A stretch of 38,477 nt of DNA from the NCBI GenBank assembly GCA_043800755.1, contig JAZDMQ010000047.1, forward strand, positions 1-38,477, given 5' to 3'. A program made the position numbers and the translations under genes. The stretch comes from a bacterium. Lineage in GTDB: Bacteria > Methylomirabilota > Methylomirabilia > CAVQYV01. Below are positions 28,882 to 37,630 of this stretch, piece by piece. Position 1 is the stretch's first letter; every line of letters starts with the position of its first letter. The notes beneath the pieces were generated by a model. It was not told the origin of the DNA. It saw only the letters and a program-made list of their open reading frames with translations, and made no database searches.

Positions 28882-29337
28882 ATGAAGTGTCCCTTCTGTG
28901 GCCATGATGAAGACCGGGTCATCGACTCCCGCTCCACCGAGGAGGGAACGGCCATCCGGCGGCGCCGTGAGTGTCTGAAGTGCCAGGGCCGCTTCACCTC
29001 TTATGAGCGAGTCGAGACCCACCCTCTAATCGTCATCAAGCAGGACGGCCGGCGAGAGCCCTTCGATCGGCAAAAGGTCCTTTCCGGCATCCGCAAGGCC
29101 TGTCAGAAGCGGCCGATCAGCACCCAGCAGATCGAGGAGATCGTCTCCGAGATCGAAAAGGTGCTCTCGGATCGCATGAAGCGAGAGGTGGACTCTACGA
29201 AGATCGGGGAGTTGATCATGGAACGCCTGCAAGAGTTGGATCAGGTGGCCTATGTCCGCTTCGCCTCGGTCTATCGCAGGTTTGAGGATGCGTCGGATTT
29301 CGTGAAGGAGGTCAAGGGGCTGGTGGTGGAGAATTAG
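28882..29337 (+). CDS. nrdR: Transcriptional repressor NrdR
   Basis: MKCPFC..DRVIDSR, IRRRRECLKC..RFTSYE, ATP cone, VAYVRFASVYRRF. Confidence 0.98.
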   Translation: MKCPFCGHDEDRVIDSRSTEEGTAIRRRRECLKCQGRFTSYERVETHPLIVIKQDGRREPFDRQKVLSGIRKACQKRPISTQQIEEIVSEIEKVLSDRMKREVDSTKIGELIMERLQELDQVAYVRFASVYRRFEDASDFVKEVKGLVVEN

Positions 29338-29377
29338 GCGGCTTTGGTGCAGGCTTGATGAAAGAAAGGAGGGTCCC

Positions 29378-29578
29378 ATGAAGTGCGGAAAGGGTGGAGC
29401 CGATAAGGAGAAGAAGGCGGGCGAGACGACCTGCCCGACCTGCGGCCGTAAGGTGGAGGAACATCAGGTAAGGAAGGCGAGCAAGGCCGGCAAGAAGGAT
29501 TTCTGTTACTTCTGCGAGGGAGAGGTATCCGATATCGGTGGGATGGGTCCCGGCCCGGGAAAGCCCTCCAAGAAATAA
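29378..29578 (+). CDS. Small basic Cys-rich protein (66 aa, two CxxC)
   Basis: AGGAGG RBS, CPTC and CYFC, double TAA stop, host-like codon use. Confidence 0.65.
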   Translation: MKCGKGGADKEKKAGETTCPTCGRKVEEHQVRKASKAGKKDFCYFCEGEVSDIGGMGPGPGKPSKK

Positions 29579-29672
29579 TAAGATGTCCCTATCTCTCAGC
29601 GTTTTCTGGGCAGCAGGCGATGGTGACGGCTGAGCACCAATCCGGAAAGCGCCACTCCCTAGAGGTGAAAAG

Positions 29673-30260
29673 ATGAACAAGATCCACATCAAGACCAATG
29701 CCTTCTTGTATCCCATGCCGGTGACGCTGGTGGGGACCCTCATCGCGGGCCGGCCCAACTTCATGGCCGTGGGCTGGATCGCTCGGGTGAACCTGGATCC
29801 GCCCCTCATCGCGATGGGGCTCAACAAGCGCCATTCCACACCCTCGGCCATTCAGGAAAATCAGGCCTTCAGCGTGAACATCCCGAGCAAGGATCTGATG
29901 GAGGCGACCGATTACTGCGGCCTGGTCTCGGGGAAGGAGGTTGACAAGTCCGGCCTGTTCGAGGTCTTCTACGGCGAGTTGGAGACCGCCCCCCTGATCA
30001 AAGCGTGTCCCCTCTGCCTGGAGTGCCGGCTCTTCGAGACCATCAACTTGCCCACCCACTATCTGTTCCTGGGCGAGATCGCCGGGGCCTACACCGAGGA
30101 GCGCTATCTGACCGACGGCAAGCTCGACATCCGCAAGATGAATCCCTTCGTCCTGACCATGCCGGACAACAACTACTGGGTTGTGGGAGAGCACGCGGGA
30201 AAGGCCTGGAGCCTCGGCAACCGACTCAAAGGCGGGGGAGATAAGAAGGAGGAGAGATGA
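29673..30260 (+). CDS. Flavin reductase / flavoredoxin family protein, copy 1
   Basis: YPMPVTLVG, PNFMAVGW, FSVNIP, DYCGLVSG...DKS, APLIKACPLCLEC, LFLGEI. Confidence 0.92.
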   Translation: MNKIHIKTNAFLYPMPVTLVGTLIAGRPNFMAVGWIARVNLDPPLIAMGLNKRHSTPSAIQENQAFSVNIPSKDLMEATDYCGLVSGKEVDKSGLFEVFYGELETAPLIKACPLCLECRLFETINLPTHYLFLGEIAGAYTEERYLTDGKLDIRKMNPFVLTMPDNNYWVVGEHAGKAWSLGNRLKGGGDKKEER

Positions 30261-30619
30261 TGGACAAGATCAACATTGGAGCCAATTCCCTGTTCTATCC
30301 CATGCCGGTTTCCCTGGTGGGCGCCCTCGTCCAGGGCCGACCTAACTTCCTGGCCGTTGCCTGGGTCTCCCGGGTAAACCTGGACCCGCCCATCGTTGCA
30401 GTGGCCCTCAACAAGGTTCGCCACACGGCGGTGGGCGTGCAGGAGCAGAAGACCTTCAGCGTGAACCTGCCCGGCGTCGACCTGGTAAAGGAGACCGATT
30501 ACTGTGGCCTGGTCTCGGGGAAGGAGGTTGACAAGTCCAGCCTGTTCGAGGTCTTCTACGGCGAGTTGGAGACCGCCCCCCTGATCAAAGCGTGTCCCCT
30601 CTGCCTGGAGTGCCGGCTC
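29906..30619 (+). repeat. 127-bp near-identical direct repeat within the two flavin reductase genes
   Basis: 29906-30032 vs 30493-30619, two mismatches by eye. Confidence 0.9.
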
Positions 30620-30832
30620 ATCCAGACCGTCACCCTGCCCACCCACCATCTGTTCCTGGGCGAGGTGGTGGGGGCCTACACCGAGGAGCGCTATCTGACC
30701 GACGGCAAGCCCGATATGGAGAAGATTCGGCCCTTCCTCTTCTCCCGGGCGGACAATAGCTACTGGACCGTGGGCGAGCGGTTGGCGAAGGCCTACAGCA
30801 TCGGCAAGCAGGTCCAGGGCGAGTGGAAATGA
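30257..30832 (+). CDS. Flavin reductase / flavoredoxin family protein, copy 2
   Basis: Same motifs as copy 1; AGGAGG RBS; start overlaps the copy 1 stop. Confidence 0.92.
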   Translation: MMDKINIGANSLFYPMPVSLVGALVQGRPNFLAVAWVSRVNLDPPIVAVALNKVRHTAVGVQEQKTFSVNLPGVDLVKETDYCGLVSGKEVDKSSLFEVFYGELETAPLIKACPLCLECRLIQTVTLPTHHLFLGEVVGAYTEERYLTDGKPDMEKIRPFLFSRADNSYWTVGERLAKAYSIGKQVQGEWK

Positions 30833-30856
30833 ATACCCGCCGGCGTCCGGCACCCT

Positions 30857-31330
30857 GTGATCTCGGCGAAGGGAATTGAAATGGACCTGAAGCCCATCGG
30901 CAACATCAAATCCCCGGTGGTCGAGGCCCTGGACGAAGGTTGGGGCAGCGTGGTCTCTGAAATCCACCTGGATCCATCCTATGCGCCGGGACTGCGAGGC
31001 CTGGATGGGTTTTCCCATGTGATCGTCCTCTTTTTCATGCATCAGGCCACCTTCGATCCGGCCCATCACCTGGTCCGGCGGCCTCAGGGGCGTGCGGATA
31101 TGCCCGAGCTGGGCATCTTCGTCCAGCGCGCGAGACATCGGCCCAATCCCCTCGGCATCACCGCGGCCGAGCTGCTCTCGATCGAGGGGAATGTGGTCAG
31201 GGTCAGGGGGCTGGATGCCATCGACGGGACCCCGGTCCTGGACCTCAAGCCCTATTTCCCGGCCTTCGACCAGCGTGACCAGGCGCGGGCGCCGGAATGG
31301 GTTGGTCGCCTGATGGAGCATTACTTCTGA
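30857..31330 (+). CDS. trmO: TrmO/TsaA-like tRNA m6t6A37 methyltransferase (start may be ATG 30881)
   Basis: LKPIG, GL.GFSHVIVLF..H, GIF..R..HRPNPLG, GLDAIDGTPVLDLKPY. Confidence 0.9.
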   Translation: MISAKGIEMDLKPIGNIKSPVVEALDEGWGSVVSEIHLDPSYAPGLRGLDGFSHVIVLFFMHQATFDPAHHLVRRPQGRADMPELGIFVQRARHRPNPLGITAAELLSIEGNVVRVRGLDAIDGTPVLDLKPYFPAFDQRDQARAPEWVGRLMEHYF

Positions 31331-31364
31331 GGTGAACCCTTTCCCCAAGAGGAGGGCAGGGAAG

Positions 31365-31673
31365 ATGAAGGCAAGAAGGGCAATCGTTGCTGGGCTGATC
31401 CTCATGGTTTGCATGATGGCCGCCTCCCCGCTGTTTGCTGGGGGAGATAAGCTTCAGATTCAAAAGTCCGATACGATCAAGGATGTCCTGGAGAGGCACG
31501 CGGGGCAAGGGATCACCTTGCGACTGCAGTCCGGTGAAGAGATGAGCGGGACCCTGAGCAAGGTGGGGGACCAGGTGGTTCACCTGTCAGGGCTTTCCGG
31601 AAGGGATTTTTACGATGCCGTGATTCGCATCGATGGGATCTCTGCCGTGATCATCAGAGCGAGAAATAAATAG
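31365..31673 (+). CDS. Small exported hypothetical protein
   Basis: Signal peptide MKARRAIVAGLILMVCMMAASPLFA; beta-rich mature domain; AGGAGG upstream. Confidence 0.8.
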   Translation: MKARRAIVAGLILMVCMMAASPLFAGGDKLQIQKSDTIKDVLERHAGQGITLRLQSGEEMSGTLSKVGDQVVHLSGLSGRDFYDAVIRIDGISAVIIRARNK

Positions 31674-31756
31674 TGCCCTCTTCGGCCTGACCCAGGCCTG
31701 CCGCCGCCCGGCCGGAAAAGGACATCTCCATTGGAACCGACCATAGAAAGAAACCT

Positions 31757-32302
31757 ATGCGCAAAGGCCTCGTCGTCACCTCACTTTTATTATTTGTCAC
31801 CCTCGCAGCCTGCCTCACCCTTTCGCAGGCCCTCGATCTCTCCCTGGACAAGGCCCCGGCGGAGGTTTACTTCAGCCCCCACGGTGGATGCACCGAGGCC
31901 ATCGTGAAGGAAATCGGGCGGGCCCAATCCGAGATCCTGGTCCAGGCCTATTCCTTCTCCTCGGCCCCCATTGCCAAGGCCTTATTGGATGCCCATAAGC
32001 GGGGCGTCCGGGAGGAGGTCATCCTAGACAAGAGCCAGAGGACGCAGCGATATTCCTCTGCCACCTTCTTGGCGAATGTGGGGATTCCCACCTTCATCGA
32101 TGGCAAATACGCCATCGCCCACAATAAGATCATGATCATCGACCGCAGCATTGTGATCACCGGCTCCTTCAACTTCACCAAGGCCGCGGAGGAAAAGAAT
32201 GCGGAGAATGTCCTGGTGATCCGATCCAAGGATCTGGCCAGGGCTTATCTGGGGAATTGGTACAAGCACAAGGAGCATGCCGAGGAGTATAGGCGGGGAT
32301 GA
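31757..32302 (+). CDS. Phospholipase D-family Nuc-like endonuclease, exported
   Basis: Signal peptide, VYFSP.GG, VQAYSF, single HNKIMIID (HxKxxxxD), GSFNFT..AE..NAEN. Confidence 0.93.
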   Translation: MRKGLVVTSLLLFVTLAACLTLSQALDLSLDKAPAEVYFSPHGGCTEAIVKEIGRAQSEILVQAYSFSSAPIAKALLDAHKRGVREEVILDKSQRTQRYSSATFLANVGIPTFIDGKYAIAHNKIMIIDRSIVITGSFNFTKAAEEKNAENVLVIRSKDLARAYLGNWYKHKEHAEEYRRG

Positions 32303-32335
32303 AGAAGGACGCTCATAAAACCATTGTTTCTTCCC

Positions 32336-32734
32336 ATGAGCCAGAACTACTATTTCGTATTTTCCAAATCGGAGAAGCCGCCATTGGAGCTGCCAGAGCA
32401 TAATGCCAATCTGGGATACTGTGCGGCCAAGAAGATCGAGGGCCTCACCGGTAAGTCCTCGGCCACTCTTCCGTTATCGGAGTTCGCCAACAAATATTGG
32501 TACATCGCTGCACCGGGCCGGGCCTTCCTCAAGTGGCCCTTCGATAAGCTAACGGCAGATGATGAAACCCTGGACAGCGATATCCTGACCTATCATTACG
32601 CGGCCTCGACCGAGGAGGTCGAGCATATCCTGAAGAGGGGTTTTTCCGTGGATGTGCTCAATGGCCCCTTCGCTACCCGGCAAGAGGCGGCCTATAGCCT
32701 CGATCTCTTCTGGGAGGCGCCAGGGGATGATTGA
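32336..32734 (+). CDS. Hypothetical protein
   Basis: Co-directional ~132-aa ORF with host-like codons and a GAAGGA element upstream; no family recognised. Confidence 0.6.
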   Translation: MSQNYYFVFSKSEKPPLELPEHNANLGYCAAKKIEGLTGKSSATLPLSEFANKYWYIAAPGRAFLKWPFDKLTADDETLDSDILTYHYAASTEEVEHILKRGFSVDVLNGPFATRQEAAYSLDLFWEAPGDD

Positions 32735-32809
32735 GATAAATAGGGGTCGGGGGCCGGGGATTAGGGGCCGGAGAGAACCCTTCTTTGAATTGTCGCAGAA
32801 GGGCGGCAG

Positions 32810-32914
32810 CACGTCTGTCAAGAGTGTCGGCCGGACGCCCTCCCTGCATGACCCCCTTACGATGCTGCCATTCGCATTGACCAGATCAGCGCCGTGATCG
32901 TGAGGGTGGGGAAG
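32810..32914 (+). pseudogene. Degenerate fragment paralogous to the 31365-31673 exported protein
   Basis: From 32858 encodes YDAAIRIDQISAVIVRVGK vs YDAVIRIDGISAVIIRARNK; in-frame TGA at 32849, no start or signal peptide. Confidence 0.7.
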
Positions 32915-33119
32915 GAGCGAGCGAATTGGCGAGGGACAAGAGACCTCAGCATTTTCTTGGGTAGGCGCTTTTTGAATCCTCTCAATGCCTAAAGGAGAGA
33001 ATTTCATAATCCAATGGACATTCCCTTGGTAAGTCTGATTGTGGTAAGTTTGCAGGTCATTTGTCCCACTCTGGATACGATGTGAACTCTAACCTTTTAG
33101 GAACAAACGAACTATAACA

Positions 33120-34640
33120 ATGGCAATAAGGAGAGTCAGGGCTCGGACTGAAGGGGACGTCTTCCAGGGGATGTTCTTCTGGTATGAGGCCGCTGGATTA
33201 CTTATAGCCGACCTGAAGACGAGATTGGTCGTTTTGGAGCATGAAGAGGCTTCCGGCGTGGACGACGTGGCGGTATTTTATGATCCGCCCGGCGTTGCAG
33301 ATGCTGGGAAAGCTTGTATGGCTGACTTCTTCCAGGTCAAATACCATGTCGATCAACGTGAGGAGTACTGTTCCGAAGGCTTGATTGATCCAGATTTCAT
33401 CAATGCCAAGACCTCTCTTCTGAAACGGTTTCATGATGCGTATTGGAGGCTACGGGGAAAATATGAATGGTTCCGTCTGCACCTGGCTTCTAACTGGCGC
33501 TGGAAGACTGGTGATGTTCTGGCGAAGTCCATAAACGAACGAGACGGCTCGCTTCCTGAAGGATTCATTTCGGGTAATTCGGGCAGATCTTTCTCCAAAA
33601 TACGCGACGCTTGGATGACTCATTTATCCATTGATGCGATGGAGTTTGACGATTTCGCCAGTCGTCTACGATTTGATCTCAATCATTTCGGGCGGCACGG
33701 CTTTCTCCAGAGGCTAAATGATCGGCTCCGTTTAGTGGGCCTTAAACCGGTTCCGGTCAATTGTTCTGCTAACCCATACGATAGCTTGGCGCAACAATTC
33801 GTCATGTCAGGCATGAACAAGTTCGATAAACAAAAACTGCTAGATTGCTGTGGGCGGGAGGGGCTTCTCGAGGAACCGGGAACCCCGACAACGTCAGATC
33901 TCGTGATTGGCATTCGAAGCTTTATGCGTTTTGCCGAACGGATCGAGTCGGAAACACGTCGCTTTGTTTGTGTCGCCGAGAACTTCGAAGGTCGCAACAT
34001 AAAGAATCCCAAACTCTGGAAGGATAAGATTATTCCGGCCATCAGGGGTTTCCTCGATGACCCAACACTGCGTCAGGGACAATGCCATCTTGTCCTCGAA
34101 TGCCACATGTCTATTGCATTCACTGCCGGCTATTTCCTCGATCGGAAATCAGGCGTTGAGGCATATCCCATTCAAAAGGGGAACAGGCGCGAGGTTTGGA
34201 TGCCTTCCGGGATTCCCTCCGCAGCAGATTGGGGATGGCAAATTGAGCAAATGGAGCTTAATCCCTCTGCCACGGATTTTCTAGTGGCCATCTCTGTTAC
34301 ACATGATGCGTTCAAGGACGCTGAACGATATGCGATAGCGAATAGTCTTCCGGTACGGACGATTCTTCATGCAAAGATATCCGGCGGTACGGGGAGCTCT
34401 GTTATCGAAGGGGCCAACCATGCAGCTTTCCTTGCTGATCGGCTTGTACAAGAGGTCCGGAAAGTGCGTAGACATAATCCCTCGGGGATCTCGCACATAT
34501 TCGCAGCCGCTCCAAATGGATTCATGTTCTTTCTCGGCCGACACCGAGGAGGGCTCGGGCCGGTCCAGCTATATGAGTTTGATTTTGAGTATGAGTATGA
34601 ACGTGGAGGATCATATTCGCCGAGCATTTCTTTGCCATGA
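33120..34640 (+). CDS. CBASS effector: PD-(D/E)xK-like nuclease fused to SAVED domain (Cap4-like)
   Basis: N-terminal GD.FQ..FFW, DDV, FFQVK; C-terminal SAVED motifs HMSIAFTAGY, ISVTH, GANHA, HIFAAAPNGFMFFLG, LYEFDF, YSPS. Confidence 0.88.
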   Translation: MAIRRVRARTEGDVFQGMFFWYEAAGLLIADLKTRLVVLEHEEASGVDDVAVFYDPPGVADAGKACMADFFQVKYHVDQREEYCSEGLIDPDFINAKTSLLKRFHDAYWRLRGKYEWFRLHLASNWRWKTGDVLAKSINERDGSLPEGFISGNSGRSFSKIRDAWMTHLSIDAMEFDDFASRLRFDLNHFGRHGFLQRLNDRLRLVGLKPVPVNCSANPYDSLAQQFVMSGMNKFDKQKLLDCCGREGLLEEPGTPTTSDLVIGIRSFMRFAERIESETRRFVCVAENFEGRNIKNPKLWKDKIIPAIRGFLDDPTLRQGQCHLVLECHMSIAFTAGYFLDRKSGVEAYPIQKGNRREVWMPSGIPSAADWGWQIEQMELNPSATDFLVAISVTHDAFKDAERYAIANSLPVRTILHAKISGGTGSSVIEGANHAAFLADRLVQEVRKVRRHNPSGISHIFAAAPNGFMFFLGRHRGGLGPVQLYEFDFEYEYERGGSYSPSISLP

Positions 34641-34673
34641 GGATCTAAGCTGAAGAAAGGAGTTGAATTAATC

Positions 34674-35798
34674 ATGGAACTTCCAAGAGACTTCGAACAA
34701 TTTTTGAAAGAGATACGGCCAACTGAAAACCAGAGAGAAGACTTGAAGGCAGGTCATAAGACCTTACGGGAACGGCTGCGGGCCGACGAAGAACTTAGTC
34801 CGCTCATTGTAAGTGATTTTCTCCAGGGAAGTTATAAGCGCGCCACGGCAGTTCGCCCGAAGGCGGACAAGAGGGCCGATGTTGACATTATCGTCGTCAC
34901 CAACCTCGACGAGAACAAGTATAACCCCCACCAGGCAATCGACCTGTTCAAACCTTTCGTGGAGAAGCATTATAAGGGAAAGTACCGGATTCAGGGGCGG
35001 TCAATCGGGATAGAACTCTCCTACGTGGACCTGGATCGCGTGGTCACTTCCGCCCCGTCTGCGATGGATTCTAAAATCCTCCTTTCAGAAGCGCTCACAA
35101 CGGATTTTGACATCGAAGAAGCCCGAGATTGGAGGCTCCATCCCTCATGGCTCGGGCTGGACAGTAGATTATTCGAAGGGGCAAGAGACCGGCTCGCCAA
35201 CGCTCAAAGGGATAAGGAATGGGAGTCCCATCCACTCCGCATACCGGACCGCGACGCCAACAAATGGGAAGACACACACCCGCTGGAACAAATCCGCTGG
35301 ACTCGTGACAAGAATGCGGCCTCCAACGGACACTTCGTGAATGTGGTTAAGGCCATCAAGTGGTGGCGTATGGAAAATCCCTCTGAACCCGAACAACCGA
35401 AAAGCTTCCCGCTTGAGCGCCTTGTTGGCGAATGCTGTCGCGATGACATTGGTTCAATAGCCGAGGGAATCGTGACTACGTTGGAAGCCATTGTCTCCAA
35501 CTACGCATCTGCCGTAGCGTCGGGAAGTAAACCGAAGCTCCCGGATTATGGAGTCTCTATGGATGTGTTCAGGCGTGTAAGCGTTGAGGATTTCGCTGGG
35601 TTTTATAGGCAGGCTAAAGACGGAGCCGCTATCGGACGACTGGCGCTTGACAGCAATGACCGTGGGGAGAGCGGAGACCTCTGGGGAAAGCTCCTCGGCA
35701 GCAAGTTCCCCGGGCCTCCGGTCAACGGCGGAAAGAAGTCCGGTGGTTTCACAAGACGCGCAGGGATCACGATTCCCGGAGCCGGACGCTTTGCATGA
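34674..35798 (+). CDS. cGAS/DncV-like nucleotidyltransferase (CD-NTase)
   Basis: LQGSYKRATAVRP...ADVDII, third Asp in VDLD, VVKAIKWWR, PKSFPLE, W..LLG..FP, flexible tail ending GRFA; AAGGAG RBS. Confidence 0.95.
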   Translation: MELPRDFEQFLKEIRPTENQREDLKAGHKTLRERLRADEELSPLIVSDFLQGSYKRATAVRPKADKRADVDIIVVTNLDENKYNPHQAIDLFKPFVEKHYKGKYRIQGRSIGIELSYVDLDRVVTSAPSAMDSKILLSEALTTDFDIEEARDWRLHPSWLGLDSRLFEGARDRLANAQRDKEWESHPLRIPDRDANKWEDTHPLEQIRWTRDKNAASNGHFVNVVKAIKWWRMENPSEPEQPKSFPLERLVGECCRDDIGSIAEGIVTTLEAIVSNYASAVASGSKPKLPDYGVSMDVFRRVSVEDFAGFYRQAKDGAAIGRLALDSNDRGESGDLWGKLLGSKFPGPPVNGGKKSGGFTRRAGITIPGAGRFA

Positions 35799-37630
35799 AT
35801 GCGGGCAGCATGGATCGAAAGCCAAGCTCGGGGGTGCTTGCAGCGTTTAAGGGCTTACAGCGACTTGAGCGACTAAAGGTTGTCGGTGAGACTGCTTACC
35901 ACGACGGGAACAAGTCTTGGTCGATCAAGGTGGAGATCTCTGGAGTCATTCCTTCGAATTTCGTCCCTGCGAATACTTTATGGTACGTAGTCATTGAAGA
36001 AAACTACCCGCTTGGGCAGGTCAAATTTTATCCCGCAAGAGAGGGCGGCCTGTCATATACATTTCCCCATCAGGCATATAATTCGCCAGGCTCCGGTGGG
36101 GTACTATGGCGGGAAGGCAAGTTATGTTTAGATACCCCCGTGCGATCATTGATCGTCTATGGTCTGTCGCAAGAGCCGCTGGATGACGGAGTGGCACGTA
36201 TTATTTGGCATGGCAGAAGGGCCATTGCTTGGCTTGACGCCGCATCTCACGGAGAACTGCTTCGAAAAGGCGATCCGTTCGAGTTGCCGCAATATCCACC
36301 CTCCCTCGATAAAGAGATTTTTGTTCACGATGAAGCTCCTACATCTTACGGGGAATGGGCGAGAATAAAGGAATCTGTGGGAAAGATCTTTTTATCTAGA
36401 TGCTTCCTTGGGAAGAAGGAAGTATTTGCTGTCACACGTTTCGAGATGCTTTCGGGGGATTTGATTCGCCAGGGCTCATTTCGCAAAGAGGCTCATGGAG
36501 CCTCACAGTCACCTGGCATATGGTGGCTGTGGCCCAAACCAATCACCATGGAGCCATGGCAAGCGCCGGCCACGTGGGGTGACTTAGACACTGCAGGGGA
36601 ACGACTCGGGGTCGATGTCGCTGGAATATTGCGGGAAATCGCAAGGCGCATTCGGGGGAAGAAACCTCATGTCCTTCTCCTCGGTTACCCGATACCTCTA
36701 CGAGTAGGAGGGGAGCCAGTTGAGATCCATTGGAAAGCAGTTAAGTTACCAATCCTGTCAAACCGCCCCCCAAAGGGCTTCAGGCCCGAAGAACCTCACT
36801 TGTGGCGTCGGGACCGCCAAGAAGCATTCAGGCCCGACCAGTCGCTGATGTTTGAAAACACGGAAAACTGGCATCCTGACCGCCTTCAGGCCCGCGGACG
36901 ATTTGGCGATGACCTCCGGGGTGCCAAGATTGCCCTGGTGGGTGCCGGGGCACTAGGCTCAACCTTGGCCGAACTCCTTACCCGCGGTGGTGTGTGTGAC
37001 TTGCTTATCCTCGATGGGGAACAATTGACAGCCGGCAACCTCGTAAGGCATATGCTGACATTTGATGATCTACATGGAAAAAAGGCTGACGCCTTGGTAA
37101 GACGTCTCAAGTCGGTTTCGCCGTATGCTCACGTCACGAGCACGGAGGGTGGTTTCCCGTCGTCGAGCCAAGAGGCTACAGTTCTGCTGGATAAGGTATC
37201 GGTGTTCATCGACTGTACCGCCTCCGACAGTCTTCTTTTGCAGATAGCGGATTGCTGGTGGCCGATCCCAAGACTATTTGTCTCTGCGTTTTTCGGATAC
37301 AAAGCAAGGCGTCTATTCGTTTTTGTATCCGCCGGCAATATCTTCCCCCTTCAGGAATTTAATGATGCCATAACGCCCTGGATGGATGATGAGAAGAGAT
37401 TGTGGAGTGCCCATGATGAAACCTTTGAAGGGGCTGGCTGCTGGTCGCCCTTGTTTCCGGCCCGTTATGACGACGTGATGCTTGGTGCAATCATCACCGT
37501 GAAGGTGGTTGAAGGATTCGTTTCGAAATGGCCTTCATCACCCCAACTACTCGTTTTCGAGCAAAAGGATTCTGAGGGATTCGCGGGTTTTCAGCGGATA
37601 CCCCCCCTCATCGCTGATGGGATTTCTTGA
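35795..37630 (+). CDS. cap2: CBASS Cap2, E2-E1 (ThiF) ubiquitin-transferase-like protein
   Basis: E2-like YP...TFPHQ...GKLCL; ThiF VGAGALGS, LD...AGNLVRH, GKKA, IDCTA, GCWSP.FPAR; start overlaps the CD-NTase stop. Confidence 0.92.
   Translation: MNAGSMDRKPSSGVLAAFKGLQRLERLKVVGETAYHDGNKSWSIKVEISGVIPSNFVPANTLWYVVIEENYPLGQVKFYPAREGGLSYTFPHQAYNSPGSGGVLWREGKLCLDTPVRSLIVYGLSQEPLDDGVARIIWHGRRAIAWLDAASHGELLRKGDPFELPQYPPSLDKEIFVHDEAPTSYGEWARIKESVGKIFLSRCFLGKKEVFAVTRFEMLSGDLIRQGSFRKEAHGASQSPGIWWLWPKPITMEPWQAPATWGDLDTAGERLGVDVAGILREIARRIRGKKPHVLLLGYPIPLRVGGEPVEIHWKAVKLPILSNRPPKGFRPEEPHLWRRDRQEAFRPDQSLMFENTENWHPDRLQARGRFGDDLRGAKIALVGAGALGSTLAELLTRGGVCDLLILDGEQLTAGNLVRHMLTFDDLHGKKADALVRRLKSVSPYAHVTSTEGGFPSSSQEATVLLDKVSVFIDCTASDSLLLQIADCWWPIPRLFVSAFFGYKARRLFVFVSAGNIFPLQEFNDAITPWMDDEKRLWSAHDETFEGAGCWSPLFPARYDDVMLGAIITVKVVEGFVSKWPSSPQLLVFEQKDSEGFAGFQRIPPLIADGIS

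Noticed and set aside
30173-31414. 413-aa antisense ORF, and similar antisense ORFs throughout the window
   Set aside because: Shadow ORFs expected opposite GC-rich genes; the sense genes carry clear family motifs.
34587-34601. GAGTAT tandem duplication (EYEYE) at the SAVED C-terminus
   Set aside because: In-frame 6-bp repeat with only two units; no evidence of phase variation.
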